NCBI GenBank assembly: GCA_963665275.2 | Contig: CAXXIN010000014.1 | Coordinates: forward strand, 64,001 to 128,000 | Direction of reading: 5' to 3' | DNA from: Negativicutes bacterium | GTDB lineage: Bacteria > Bacillota > Negativicutes > UBA1444 | Length of the DNA stretch: 64,000 nt | Part shown: one piece after another, positions 1 to 11,070 of the stretch | Position numbering within the stretch: the stretch's first letter is position 1 | How the letters are laid out: each line of letters opens with the position of its first letter | Translations under genes and position numbers: made by a program | Notes under the pieces: model-generated | The model's input: the letters and a program-made list of their open reading frames with translations, nothing else | What the model was told of the DNA's origin: nothing | Databases searched by the model: none

Positions 1-2
1 TA

Positions 3-1433
3 TTGGGCCTACTGTTTTTGAAATACATTTCCGACGCATTCGAAGAAAAATACGAAGAGTTGAACAAGGATGCACTGTCTGATCCAGAAGACCGAGACGA
101 ATATACGGCAGTAAATATTTTCTGGGTCGCCAAAGAAGCCCGCTGGAACTTTATCAAGGAAAGTGCAAAAAGCCCGAAAATCGGTCAGATCATCGATGAA
201 GCCATGGTGGCCATCGAGAAAGATAATTCCAATCTCAAAGGGGTACTGCCAAAAGATTATGCCCGGTCCACGCTGGACAAAACCCGGCTGGGTGAACTGA
301 TCGATATTCTTTCCTTCAATATAGGGGATAAGGAGAGCCGGTCGCAGGATATCTTGGGCCGAGTCTACGAATACTTCCTCTCCAAATTTGCAAGCGCCGA
401 AGGTAAAAACGGCGGTGAATTTTATACGCCGCAGTGCGTAGTAAAACTGCTGGTGGAAATGATCGAGCCGATGAAAGGGAGAATCTATGACCCCTGCTGC
501 GGATCAGGCGGCATGTTCGTGCAAAGCGAGCGCTTCCTGAGTGCGCATAGTGGCAAGCGCGGCGATATTTCGGTATACGGGCAGGAATCCAATCCCACGA
601 CCTGGCGGCTGTGCAAGATGAATCTGGCCATTCGAGGCATCGATGGCAAGCTCGGCGACTACAATGCCGATTCCTTCCATAATGACCTGCACAAAAGTCT
701 GAAGGCGGACTATATCCTGGCGAATCCCCCCTTCAACATCAGCGACTGGGGCGGCGCGAAACTGACCGAGGATGTCCGCTGGAGCGGCTACGGCATACCG
801 CCGGCCGGTAACGCAAACTACGCCTGGATTCTGCACATGCTCTGGCATTTGGCTCCCAGCGGCATTGCTGGATTTGTCCTGGCCAACGGTTCCATGTCGA
901 CGTCAACGACGAGTGAAGGTGAAATCCGAAAACAGTTGGTGGAAAAGGACAACGTCGACTGCATCGTGACCCTGCCGGGGCAGCTGTTCTATTCGACGCA
1001 GATTCCGGTATGTCTGTGGTTTGTGACCAAGAATAAGGCGGCGAAGGGACACCGCAGCCGCAATGGCGAAATCCTGTTCATCGACGCGCGGAAACTGGGC
1101 ACCATGGCGGACCGGACCCATAAGGAATTTTATGACGAGGATATTAAAAAGATTGCCGATACCTACCATTCCTGGCGCGGTGAAGAAGGGACCGGAGAGT
1201 ATGCGGATGTCAAAGGTTTCTGCAAAGCAGCGAAGCTGGAAGAAGTCCGGGAACACGAATATATCCTGACGCCGGGGCGATATGTGGGGATCGAAGACGT
1301 GGAGGAAGACGCCGAGCCGTTCGAGGAGAAGATGACGCGCCTGACGGGGGAATTGGCCGAGATGTTTGCCAAGTCGCGGCATTTGGAAGGCGAGATTCGG
1401 CAGCGGCTGGGGGCGATCGGGTATGAGTTCTGA
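3..1433 (+). CDS. hsdM: Type I restriction-modification methyltransferase subunit M (5' truncated by window)
   Basis: GEFYTP, motif [10 protein letters not shown], catalytic NPPF, C-terminal ILTPGRYVG. Confidence 0.97.
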   Translation: MGLLFLKYISDAFEEKYEELNKDALSDPEDRDEYTAVNIFWVAKEARWNFIKESAKSPKIGQIIDEAMVAIEKDNSNLKGVLPKDYARSTLDKTRLGELIDILSFNIGDKESRSQDILGRVYEYFLSKFASAEGKNGGEFYTPQCVVKLLVEMIEPMKGRIYDPCCGSGGMFVQSERFLSAHSGKRGDISVYGQESNPTTWRLCKMNLAIRGIDGKLGDYNADSFHNDLHKSLKADYILANPPFNISDWGGAKLTEDVRWSGYGIPPAGNANYAWILHMLWHLAPSGIAGFVLANGSMSTSTTSEGEIRKQLVEKDNVDCIVTLPGQLFYSTQIPVCLWFVTKNKAAKGHRSRNGEILFIDARKLGTMADRTHKEFYDEDIKKIADTYHSWRGEEGTGEYADVKGFCKAAKLEEVREHEYILTPGRYVGIEDVEEDAEPFEEKMTRLTGELAEMFAKSRHLEGEIRQRLGAIGYEF

Positions 1434-1456
1434 AAAGGAAAGATTAGTATTGGGAT

Positions 1457-2671
1457 GTGATTATGTTGAATGAAAAAAACACGGTGTGGAAAGACACGGT
1501 GCTTGGTATATTTATTTCCATTCAACGGGGTCATGATCTGCCAGAGCAAAACCGCAATAGTGGTGAAATTCCAATAATCGGATCCTTCGGAATTACTGGC
1601 TTTCATAATAAATCCATAGCTCAAGGTCCCGGAGTAACTATTGGTCGAAGTGGCGCGTCCATGGGTGTTGTGTCTTATTCCGACAAAAATTATTGGCCGC
1701 TAAATACCGTTTTATATGTCACAGATTTCCATGATAATGATCCTAAATTCGTTTATTACCGCTTAAAAACGATTGATTTTACAATATATAATTCTGGCAG
1801 TGCGCAACCATCATTAAATCGAAATTATATATATTCGGTTCCATTATGCATTCCAAATAAAAACGAGCAACGTGCCATCGCAGCCACCCTCTCCGCCCTC
1901 GACGACAAAATCGAAATCAACAACCGCATCAACAAAACCTTGGAAGAAATGGCCCAGGCCCTCTTCAAGCGATGGTTCGTCGATTTCGAGTTTCCGGACG
2001 AAAATGGCTTGCCGTACAAGTCCTCCGGCGGGGAGATGGAAGAGAGCGGACTGGGGCCGATTCCGAAGGGGTGGAAGGTTGAATCACTCGATAGTATCGC
2101 GGATTATTTAAATGGACTTGCTATGCAAAAATATCGACCTGAAGGCGAAGAGTTTTTACCTGTTATTAAGATTCGTGAACTCAATCAAGGGAAACCTGAT
2201 GGACAAAGCGATAAAGCCAGCCCCAATATTGATTCTAAGTACATTGTTAATGATGGTGATGTTTTATTTTCATGGTCGGGAAGCCTAGATGTGAAAATAT
2301 GGTGCGGAGGTAAAGGCGGTTTAAACCAACATTTGTTTAAAGTGACATCTGATCGATATGAAAAATGGTTTTACTATTTGTGGACCAAGCACCATCTTGA
2401 AAAATTTCGCGGAATTGCACAGGATAAAGCAACTACCATGGGACACATACAAAGAAAACACCTTAAAGAATCTTTGGTAGATGTTCCTGCGCAAGATGTT
2501 TTGGGGAAAATTAATTCGATAATGCGGCCGATTTTTGACCTTTATATCACAAGAGAAATTGAAGCAGCGACCTTGGTGGCAATAAGAGACACCCTATTAC
2601 CCAAACTTATCAGTGGCGAAATCCGTATGGATAGCTCATTTGCGGAGGACATCGGTAATGGAGAAAGTTAG
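1457..2671 (+). CDS. hsdS: Type I RM specificity subunit S
   Basis: Two low-GC TRDs separated by conserved EQRAIAATLSALDDKIEINNRINKTLEEMAQALFKRWFVDF; C-terminal RDTLLPKLISGEI. Confidence 0.95.
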   Translation: MIMLNEKNTVWKDTVLGIFISIQRGHDLPEQNRNSGEIPIIGSFGITGFHNKSIAQGPGVTIGRSGASMGVVSYSDKNYWPLNTVLYVTDFHDNDPKFVYYRLKTIDFTIYNSGSAQPSLNRNYIYSVPLCIPNKNEQRAIAATLSALDDKIEINNRINKTLEEMAQALFKRWFVDFEFPDENGLPYKSSGGEMEESGLGPIPKGWKVESLDSIADYLNGLAMQKYRPEGEEFLPVIKIRELNQGKPDGQSDKASPNIDSKYIVNDGDVLFSWSGSLDVKIWCGGKGGLNQHLFKVTSDRYEKWFYYLWTKHHLEKFRGIAQDKATTMGHIQRKHLKESLVDVPAQDVLGKINSIMRPIFDLYITREIEAATLVAIRDTLLPKLISGEIRMDSSFAEDIGNGES

Positions 2672-3935
2672 AATTGAATCAATTGGTGATTTCGTGGAAA
2701 TATTAAGCGGTCTCCGAACACTCTTGGCGGAAGAAGGCAACGACAAAATTGCTTTCTTCCGGGGGCAAAAAAATTCCGGCTGGGAAGAGATTTATCCGAG
2801 TGTCTTTCGCGCCCCATATTTGATGGCTGAAAATGAATTATATTACAATCTGTCGATGAAATGCCCAGAAGCAATACCAGCTAATTTTTCGATTATAGAT
2901 AAACTGGTGCTTATGCAGCATTATGGATTACCCACGCGACTTCTTGATGTTACAACCAATCCTTTAGTCGCTTTATTCTTCGCTTGCCAGAAAAACACCG
3001 AACGAGTACCAGCGTCTGAGAACTGTGAAATGAGTCATGAAGGCTGCTTTCGGGAAATCGAAACAGACGGAGAAATCCTTGTTTTACGTGATTATCGTCC
3101 TCAACAAACCGGATTTGAGAGAGCAAGCGTTATTGCTGCATTGGCAGAAATTAATTATCAGTTTACCCTGGGCGAGTTAAAAATGATCATAGATCGGCGA
3201 GGGTTAGGGACGTATTCAATATCAAGTTTGTCCGATATGTTGCAGCAAAGCTTGCCAATAAACACAAGAATGAATAACGAAAGAATTAAGAGACAATCAG
3301 GAGCGTTTATTATTTGCGGAACGCATCTGAATTTTGAAGATACTAACTCTGACGATTCTGTGGCGGTGAAGAAAGCAATTAATTTGCGGACCCGATTTGA
3401 ACAAGACGCTGGGGTACGCTACGTGGTTGCGTGGGATAAGAAAGAGCAAATATTGGAAGAGCTTGATTTCATAGGAATCAATGAATCCTTCCTTTATCCG
3501 GAAATAGAGTATCAGTCCAAGTATATTAGAGAGCATCAAATAAGGAATATCCAGTTTGATAGCGGGATCGATGGCGCTGAGCGAACGAAATTAGCAGAAG
3601 AGCTAGAAGAAGTGAATTTATATGTATCGCCTGAAAACCTTGAACGTTTTGCAGAAAGAGCGAAGATAGAAATACTTCTTATATTACAAGGCGTTGAGCA
3701 GAAAGAAATAATAACAGATTATATTGGCGAGATACTAAGAAACAACTTGGATGTGGATTGGATAAATAGAGAGGCCAGCAAGGCCAAAATTGCAGTAGCG
3801 ATTAAGCGCGTATTCAGGGAACACACAACGCTCGATTTTGTTCGAGTGAAAAAACTTATAGATGACATTCTTTTAATTGTTGAAGATTGCTATCATAAAT
3901 GCGCAGCTTCACAGGAGGTACCTGAAAATGTTTGA
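2658..3935 (+). CDS. FRG-domain protein with a C-terminal HsdR-like (DUF3387-like) helical domain
   Basis: FFRGQ, MQHYGLPTRLLDVTTNPLVALFFAC, NERIKRQSGAF and ELDFIGINESFLYPE motifs. C-terminal NNLDVDWINRE matches Hsd[15 protein letters not shown] 2658 overlaps the hsdS end. Confidence 0.85.
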   Translation: MEKVRIESIGDFVEILSGLRTLLAEEGNDKIAFFRGQKNSGWEEIYPSVFRAPYLMAENELYYNLSMKCPEAIPANFSIIDKLVLMQHYGLPTRLLDVTTNPLVALFFACQKNTERVPASENCEMSHEGCFREIETDGEILVLRDYRPQQTGFERASVIAALAEINYQFTLGELKMIIDRRGLGTYSISSLSDMLQQSLPINTRMNNERIKRQSGAFIICGTHLNFEDTNSDDSVAVKKAINLRTRFEQDAGVRYVVAWDKKEQILEELDFIGINESFLYPEIEYQSKYIREHQIRNIQFDSGIDGAERTKLAEELEEVNLYVSPENLERFAERAKIEILLILQGVEQKEIITDYIGEILRNNLDVDWINREASKAKIAVAIKRVFREHTTLDFVRVKKLIDDILLIVEDCYHKCAASQEVPENV

Positions 3936-4642
3936 AAAAATTGATCAGAACAAGGCTCGCATTGACGCGCTGCGTCCGATGCAGGGCAGCTTGCTCACAC
4001 AGATTCGAGACTATTACAAAATCGGCCTGACCTACTCCAGCAATGCGCTCGAAGGCAACTCCCTCACGGAAACGGAACCAAAGTTTTGTTGGAGGACGGC
4101 CTGACTGTCGGCGGCAAGCCGATCAGGGACTACTACGAGGCGACGGGTCACGCCAAGGCCTATGACTATATCTATACGCTCATGCAAGGCGAAGAACTGG
4201 GCGAAGTGCAGCTGAAAACCATCCACCGTCTGTTTTATTCCCTGATTGATGAAGCGCAGGCCGGGCAGTACCGCAAAGAAAGGGTCATTATCTCTGGGTC
4301 GAAGTATCCGGTGCCGCACCGGAGAAGGTCCAAGCACTCATGAACGGTTTTTTTCACTGGTTGTCTACGCAGGAAAAGCTGATGCATCCGGTGGAATTCG
4401 CCGCGAAGGCGCACAAGGAATTTGTCTTTATCCATCCTTTTGTGGACGGTAACGGCCGGGTGGCGCGGCTGCTGATGAATCTTTGCCTGTTGCGGCAGGG
4501 GTACACGATGGCGATCATTCCGCCGGTTCTGCGAGGCGACTACATCGCTCTGCTGGAAAAAGCGCATGAGGACGACACCGCCTTTGTGAACTTCATTGCC
4601 GAACGGGTGGAAGAAACGCAGAAGGATTTGCTGCGGCTTTAA
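3928..4642 (+). pseudogene. Class II Fic-family protein split by two apparent 1-bp deletions (~4077, ~4317); may be intact in vivo
   Basis: Three consecutive frames give YSSNALEGNSLT (inhibitory helix), LEDGLTVGGKP and HPFVDGNGRVARL (Fic motif). Adding one base at each junction restores a single ORF. Confidence 0.85.
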
Positions 4643-4693
4643 AATAGCGGGGTCTTCTGGACAGGGTCTGATTTTGTTGGGGGGGTGCGATTC

Positions 4694-7600
4694 GTGACGG
4701 CGTATAATTTCAATGAATCCGAATTGGAGCAGGCGGTGCTGGAGTGCTTCCAGGAACTCTATTACGACATTCAGCAGGGACCGGAGATTTCACCGGGCGG
4801 TGCTTATCCGAACGGGACGACTACAACCTGGTGATTCTGCAAGACCGTCTCATGAATGCGCTCCGGCGAATCAATCCGAAAATGCCGACGGAAGCATTGG
4901 AGGACGCCTATCGCCAGGTCGTCATCGCCAAAAGCCCCAGCCTGATTGTGAATAATAAGGAGTTCTATCGCCTTATCACCGACGGAGTCAACGTAGAAGT
5001 CCGGCGGGCGGATGGATCCATCAAGACGGACAAGGTGTGGTTGTTCGATTTTTCGGATGAAGGAACGGACAATAACGATTGGCTGGCCGTCAACCAATAC
5101 ACCGTGATTGAAAATCATAACCATCGCCGGCCTGATGTGATCGTTTTCATCAATGGGATTCCGCTGGCGGTGATTGAATTGAAGAGCACCTCCGATGAAA
5201 ATGTGGGGGTTACCGAAGCCTTCCGGCAGTTTGAGACCTATAAAAACGAAATTCCCTCTCTGTTCATCTACAATTCATTTCTGGTGATCAGTGATGGCGT
5301 GAATGCAAAAGCGGGAACCCTGACCGCCAATGAAGATTGGTTCATGCCCTGGCGGACCATCGATGGCGTGGAGGTTGCCCCAACAGCGCTGCCGCAGCTG
5401 GAAGTGCTGATCAAGGGAATGTTTGATAAGCAACATTTCCTCGACATTATCAAGAACTTTATCCTGTTCCAGACCGACGGCAAGGAAATCTTCAAGATTC
5501 TGGCCGGCTACCATCAGTATCATGCGGTCAAGAAAGCAGTGACTTGCACCGAACGGGCCACCACGGAAGGCGGCGACCGGCGCATCGGTGTCATTTGGCA
5601 TACCCAGGGATCAGGCAAAAGCTATTCGATGGTGTTCTATGCCGGTCAACTGATCATGACCATGAACAACCCGACCATTATTGTGGTCACCGACCGGAAC
5701 GACCTCGACGAGCAGATCTACTCTACATTCAGCCGCTCCGAGGAATTTTTGCGCCAGTCTCCGGTCCAGGCCCTCAATCGGGCTGAGTTGCGGCAAATGC
5801 TCAAAGAGCGTCAGGCGGGCGGAATCATTTTTACTACCATCCAGAAATTCTCGCCGGGCGAGGATGGCGATACTGAACCGCTGCTGAATGACCGGCGCAA
5901 CATTGTGGTGATCGCTGACGAAGCCCATCGCTCCCAATACGGATTTGATGCTAAAGTGTCTGCCGGCGACCAGGGGGCGGCTGTGAAATACGGCTATGCC
6001 CGCTATCTGCGCGAGGCCATTCCCAATGCCTCGTTCATCGGATTCACCGGCACACCGGTGGAACTCACGGATAAGAACACTCCCGCCGTATTTGGCGATT
6101 ATATTGATATCTATGACATGACGCGGGCCGTGCAAGACGGTACTACCGTGAAAATCTTCTACGAAAGCCGCATTGCCAAGCTCGACCTGCCAGAATCAGA
6201 ACGTCCGAAGATTGACTCGGAGTTTGAAGAGATCACGGAATTTCAGGAAGAATCCTACAAAGAAAAGCAAAAAAGCAAATGGTCCCGTTTGGAGGCCATT
6301 GTCGGTGCAGAAAATCGTGTGCAAAAGATTGCCGAAGATATCGTCGAACACTATGAAAAAAGGCAGGCTGCTGCCTTTGGCAAAGCCATGGTGGTATCCA
6401 TGTCCAGGCGCATTGCGGTGGATCTGTACAACGCGATTGTTGCGCTGCGCCCCGAGTGGCACAGTGATAGCGATAATGAAGGCGTCATTAAAATTGTCAT
6501 GACCGGTTCTGCCTCCGATCCACAGGACTGGCAGAAGCACATCGGCCACAAAGCCCGCCGTAAACTGCTGGCGAAACGTATGAAAGATGAGAAGGACCCG
6601 CTAAAAATCGTCATCGTGCGGGATATGTGGCTAACTGGCTTTGACGTGCCGTCTATGTACACCATGTATGTTGACAAGCCGATGTCCGGACATAATCTGA
6701 TGCAGGCCATTGCCCGGGTCAATCGGGTGTTCAAGGATAAGCCGGGCGGCTTGGTCGTAGATTACATCGGCATCGCCGATAATCTGAAAAACGCCTTGTC
6801 GCAATACACCGTTTCCGACAGGGAGAATACCGGCGTGGATGTGGACCAGGCCGTAGACCTGATGAAAGAAAAATACTCACTGGTACGCGATTTGCTGCAT
6901 GGTTTCGACTACAGCAAGTTCAAGACCGGGACCGCATCAGAACGGATGAAGGCGATCGTGGCCTGCATCGATTTTGTGTTGGGACTGGGCGAAAACGGCA
7001 AGAAAGAATTCCTGAACTATGTCACGGAGTTGGCCAGGGCGTATGCGCTTTGCTCGACAACTGATGAAGCTGAGGAGCTGAATGTGGAGACTGGTTTCTT
7101 CAAGGCCGTAAAGGTGGGGATCATCAAACTGATTCCGGCCGGAGGGCCCAAGAAGACCAAAGCGCAGATCGAAGCACAGTTGAACCAGTTGATCGGCAAG
7201 TCGATCATTTCGGAAGAGGTCGTCGACATTCTCAGCGTTGTGGGCCTTGATAAACCCAATATCGGCATTTTATCCGATGAATTCCTGGAGGAAGTCCGGG
7301 GGTTGCCGCAAAAGAATCTGGCCGTAGAACTGCTGAGGCGGCTGATCGCCGGCAAGGTGAAGTCGGTCTCGCGCAGCAACCTGATCCAGTCGAAGAAGTT
7401 CTCGGAAATGCTGGAGAATGCGCTGAAAAAGTACCAGAACCGTTCCATCGAAACGACCCAGGTCATTATGGAACTGATCGAACTGGCCAAGCAAATGAAT
7501 GAGATGCAAAAACGGGGCGAGTCGGTCGGGCTGTCCTCGGATGAACTGGCTTTCTACGACGCGCTGGGGTCGAGTGATGCCGCCGTCATGATTATGGGCG

Positions 7601-7884
7601 ATGATATTTTGAAGCAGATTGCCCGCGATCTGACCACGACCATTAAAAACAACCTGGGCGTCGACTGGGCCATTCGTGAAACTGTGCGCGCCCAAATGCG
7701 CCTGACGGTGAAGAAGCTGCTCAAGAAATACGGCTATCCGCCGGACAAGCAGGAAGCTGCGGTGAAGACGGTCATGGAGCAGGCTGAGCTGATGTGCGGG
7801 AACGAATTGGAATATGAAACGGAATACCCGGAAAAGTCCCACCATGAATTTCCGCTGGCGGCGGACGGGAAAGGCGCGTGCTAA
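4694..7884 (+). CDS. hsdR: Type I RM restriction subunit R, with an apparent 1-bp deletion near 4810
   Basis: N-terminus [17 protein letters not shown]...GPEISPGG from GTG 4694 lies in another frame. Then [19 protein letters not shown], Walker [37 protein letters not shown]. Confidence 0.93.
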
Positions 7885-7932
7885 GTATAGAGAAATTTGC
7901 AATTCAAATAAACTAATGGGAGGGATGCAATA

Positions 7933-8931
7933 TTGGCAAGTAACGTAAACACAGCGTTTGCAGAGTTTTTGAAAAACACTGTGAATCTGGATGCAAATGA
8001 AACAAATACGGCGAGAAATAGTCGTGATTGGTTGGTTGGGAAGATACACGGTTTTGGGGGCAAGGACATGTTCCCTGTGCTTTACAATGAGAAGGATATT
8101 TTCTTTGGCTCTTTTGCTAGAAAAACAAAAATTCGCGAACTTGACGATATTGATATTATGATATGTTTGAGTGCTCTGGGGAGTACTTATAATCCCTATC
8201 AAGCTGGAAGTATTGAAATCACTGTGCCTGAATCGGCTGAAGCGCTGTATTGCCTATGCCACGATTACACTGACAAGTTGAATTCTAGAAAAGTAATAAA
8301 TAAAGTAATTTCAAAGCTAAGCAGTGTGCCGCAATATAAAAAAGCAGAAATAAGCAGGAACCAAGAGGCGGCTATACTAAATTTGCAGACCTATACTTGG
8401 AGTTTTGATATTATTCCTTGTTTTTTTACCTCCCCAGATCAATATTGCCGAACCTATTACTTGATTCCAGATGGTAGCGGCAATTGGCAGAAGACTGATC
8501 CGCGAATTGATAGTGATCATGTCTCGTCATTAAACCAGAAGCACAACGGTTATGCATTGAATTTAATAAGAATCGTCAAGTATTGGAATCGAAGACCAAC
8601 GATGCCATCGATGCAATCATATCTACTGGAATGTATGCTGCTGAATCATTTGGAAGGTTCGACCCAATGTTCGGATTATATTGACATTGCGTTTAGGGAT
8701 GCATTGGCTTACATATATTCTGCAATTTATAATAGCGTTCAAGATCCAAAAGGTATCCAGGGGGATCTCAACAATTTGCCAACTGAGGAAAGAAAAAAAA
8801 TATCCGATAGGGCGGCGATGGACTACAATAAGGCAATTGACGCAGGGACTTATGAAGGAAAAGGAGACCATAAATCGGCAATTAACAAGTGGAGGGAAAT
8901 TTTTGGCGATCAATTCCCGCCATATACATAA
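7933..8931 (+). CDS. SMODS/cGAS-DncV-like nucleotidyltransferase (CD-NTase) 1
   Basis: FFGSFARKTKIRELDDIDIM (hGS...DxD), third Asp in FDIIP, YLIPDGSGNWQKTDPR, LIRIVKYWN, SYLLE, terminal WREIFGDQFP; TTG start after GGGAGGG. Confidence 0.85.
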   Translation: MASNVNTAFAEFLKNTVNLDANETNTARNSRDWLVGKIHGFGGKDMFPVLYNEKDIFFGSFARKTKIRELDDIDIMICLSALGSTYNPYQAGSIEITVPESAEALYCLCHDYTDKLNSRKVINKVISKLSSVPQYKKAEISRNQEAAILNLQTYTWSFDIIPCFFTSPDQYCRTYYLIPDGSGNWQKTDPRIDSDHVSSLNQKHNGYALNLIRIVKYWNRRPTMPSMQSYLLECMLLNHLEGSTQCSDYIDIAFRDALAYIYSAIYNSVQDPKGIQGDLNNLPTEERKKISDRAAMDYNKAIDAGTYEGKGDHKSAINKWREIFGDQFPPYT

Positions 8932-8989
8932 GACTCATTTAAGAAAATATCTGCTCATAGCAACTGCTGATTTTTCAGGAGGGATATTC

Positions 8990-9856
8990 TTGGCGACAAC
9001 AATTGCCCAATCTTTTGTGGGATTTAAATCCAACCTTGAGATTACGGGGTTACAGGCAGAAACCATTTCAACGCGACAAAATAATGTTCGAGATGCTGTC
9101 AAAAGAGACTTTGATGTTTTGGACTCGTTTTTAACTGGATCATATGCCAGAAGCACAATGATAGCGCCGTTAAATCAAGCGGATGTCGATATATTTACAG
9201 TTTTGAAAACGGAACACTATCGATCAGACGGGCAAGCATACTTGCTGGATAAGGTGAAAAATACATTAATAAAAACATATCCGAAATCACCCAAAGTCAG
9301 CAGAAATGGACAAGCTGTTACAATTACATTCACTGATTTTACAGTTGATCTTATTCCTGCATTTTATAGGAAGGGCGGCGGCTATTTGATTCCCAATACA
9401 ATTACTAGCAGTTGGATTGCCACTGATCCCAAACAGCATATTTCAATCTCAAGTGAGCAAAATAAAAACCACAATGGAATGTTGATACCATTGGTGAAAA
9501 TGATCAAATGCTGGAATAAGAGCATGAATTATTGGTTTGGTTCATTTCATCTAGAGGTAATGGCTCAACAAATACTCAAAAAGGTTATAATCAGTGATTA
9601 TCCGTCCGGGGTTAGGTTCTTTTTCGATAAGGGCAGGGATACAGTTGGAAAGAAAACCCCTGATCCAGCTGGCTATAACGACGATGTGGGTTGCAACATT
9701 AATACAAAGGCGAAAATTGATGAAGCCGCTAGTAAATTTACGACTGCTTACACTCGGGCAAGCAAGGCGGAATCATTTGCGCGAGACGGGAATATACCAA
9801 GTGCGGTTGAAGAATGGAGAAAAATTTTCGGCAATCAATTTCCGGCATTTGGATAA
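8990..9856 (+). CDS. SMODS/CD-NTase 2
   Basis: LTGSYARSTMIAPLNQADVDIF, VDLIPAF, WIATDPKQH, LVKMIKCWN, SFHLE, terminal WRKIFGNQFP; TTG 8990 after CAGGAGG. Confidence 0.88.
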   Translation: MATTIAQSFVGFKSNLEITGLQAETISTRQNNVRDAVKRDFDVLDSFLTGSYARSTMIAPLNQADVDIFTVLKTEHYRSDGQAYLLDKVKNTLIKTYPKSPKVSRNGQAVTITFTDFTVDLIPAFYRKGGGYLIPNTITSSWIATDPKQHISISSEQNKNHNGMLIPLVKMIKCWNKSMNYWFGSFHLEVMAQQILKKVIISDYPSGVRFFFDKGRDTVGKKTPDPAGYNDDVGCNINTKAKIDEAASKFTTAYTRASKAESFARDGNIPSAVEEWRKIFGNQFPAFG

Positions 9857-9868
9857 GGGGGGGCTTGT

Positions 9869-10744
9869 ATGATAGGCGATCAAAATTCACCTGAAAATTT
9901 ACGACTTCTTGCGGCCCAGCGGCAGATATATATTGATGCAAAGTCATATGGAAAGTTTAGATTTTGGGGGTCGTTGGCATTTGCGGTGGTTGGGCCACTT
10001 GCTGCAGCGTATTGTGCTGGTGCTAGCATTTGGGTGCTGCTTTTGAGCAGTATTGCATGGCCCATTATGGTTGAAATATTTAAAGTAAGACAAAAAACTT
10101 TGACCTCACGAGCTGCTACCATACAGGAAGAGTTTGATGTGAATATGTTCGGGCTGCCATGGAATCATATTTTGGTTGGAAACAAAATAGCTAAGGAAAT
10201 TATAATTGAAGCGGATCGTCAATTTAGAGGTGATAAGAAAGACTTACAGAACTGGTATCCTGTTAGTTCACAAGAAAAAGGGCCTTTGGATATTCTTGTG
10301 AAGCAACGTACCAATTTGCTTTGGGATAGGCGATTGCGTATTAAGTACGCGAGGTTGTTAGGACTGGTAATTGCTTCAGTTTTTGTTGTTGAAGTTTGTA
10401 TCTGTATCTATCGAGAAATGAGATTATTAGACTGGCTTATTCAGTATTTTGCTCCATTGATGCCACTGATTTTACTTGGGATTGAAAATATTTTAACTCA
10501 TTATGAAATTGCAGGACAGAAGAAGCAGCTGGAAGACGTTATTATGTCAATTTATGAAAAAATTAATGATGGTTTAGTTGAAATATCCTTCGATAAAGAA
10601 TATCGACAAATTCAAGATGCCATATATTCAACGAGAAGACAAACTGTGTTGGTGCCGGAATTTTGGTCTAATAGGTTAAGTAATTCCTTTCAGAGCAACA
10701 TGATAGAAGCCGCGCGTGAGTATCAAAATCTGAAATTAAAGTAA
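9869..10744 (+). CDS. S-4TM family putative pore-forming CBASS effector
   Basis: Two pairs of hydrophobic helices; LLAAQRQIY..AK, IQEEFDVNMFGLPWN, LQNWY, QRTNLLWDRRLR, RQIQDAIY..RR motifs; directly follows the CD-NTases. Confidence 0.82.
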   Translation: MIGDQNSPENLRLLAAQRQIYIDAKSYGKFRFWGSLAFAVVGPLAAAYCAGASIWVLLLSSIAWPIMVEIFKVRQKTLTSRAATIQEEFDVNMFGLPWNHILVGNKIAKEIIIEADRQFRGDKKDLQNWYPVSSQEKGPLDILVKQRTNLLWDRRLRIKYARLLGLVIASVFVVEVCICIYREMRLLDWLIQYFAPLMPLILLGIENILTHYEIAGQKKQLEDVIMSIYEKINDGLVEISFDKEYRQIQDAIYSTRRQTVLVPEFWSNRLSNSFQSNMIEAAREYQNLKLK

Positions 10745-10804
10745 TGTTTTCCGTACCCCTTGCCCGGCCTTCAGCCCGCCATCAGGTGGGCTTCCGTTTG
10801 CCGC

Positions 10805-10919
10805 TCCTCGGGCCGCTCTCGTTATCGCCCACGTCACCGTCGCGACCTTCCGAACAATCCTGCCCGCTTTCGCAGAACGCGCCAACATAGTGCTGGTTTC
10901 ATCATAGCGCCGCCACCGC
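10805..10919. repeat. Copy A of a diverged GC-rich non-coding repeat
   Basis: Blocks TCCTCGGGCCGCTCTCGTTA, AATCCTGCCCGCTT, AACGCGCCAACATAGTGC and CGCCGCCACCGC recur in the same order at 13201-13318. Confidence 0.85.
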
Positions 10920-11070
10920 CTGTAGATCCGTCCTCGCCTCGATTTGAGCGCGGACTTCGCTATGGCCGCCGGCGGCGCTAAATATATTCGTAACGCTATT
11001 GCGCGAAAAAAGGAAATGGGCCGCTCAAGCAGAAACAAATATTGATCGAAGAAAAAGCATGGAGGGACAA

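Noticed and set aside
3928-4815. Programmed frameshifting or phase variation in fic/hsdR
   Set aside because: No slippery heptamers or long simple repeats at the junctions; the clustered single-base losses fit sequencing error better.
7270-8202. 310-aa minus-strand ORF and similar long antisense ORFs (23670-24467, 26904-27554, 54777-55532, 59130-59804)
   Set aside because: Shadow frames of well-supported genes on the opposite strand.
8681-8989. 103-aa N-terminal extension on CD-NTase 2 overlapping CD-NTase 1
   Set aside because: A strong RBS precedes TTG 8990, and that start aligns with the N-terminus of CD-NTase 1.
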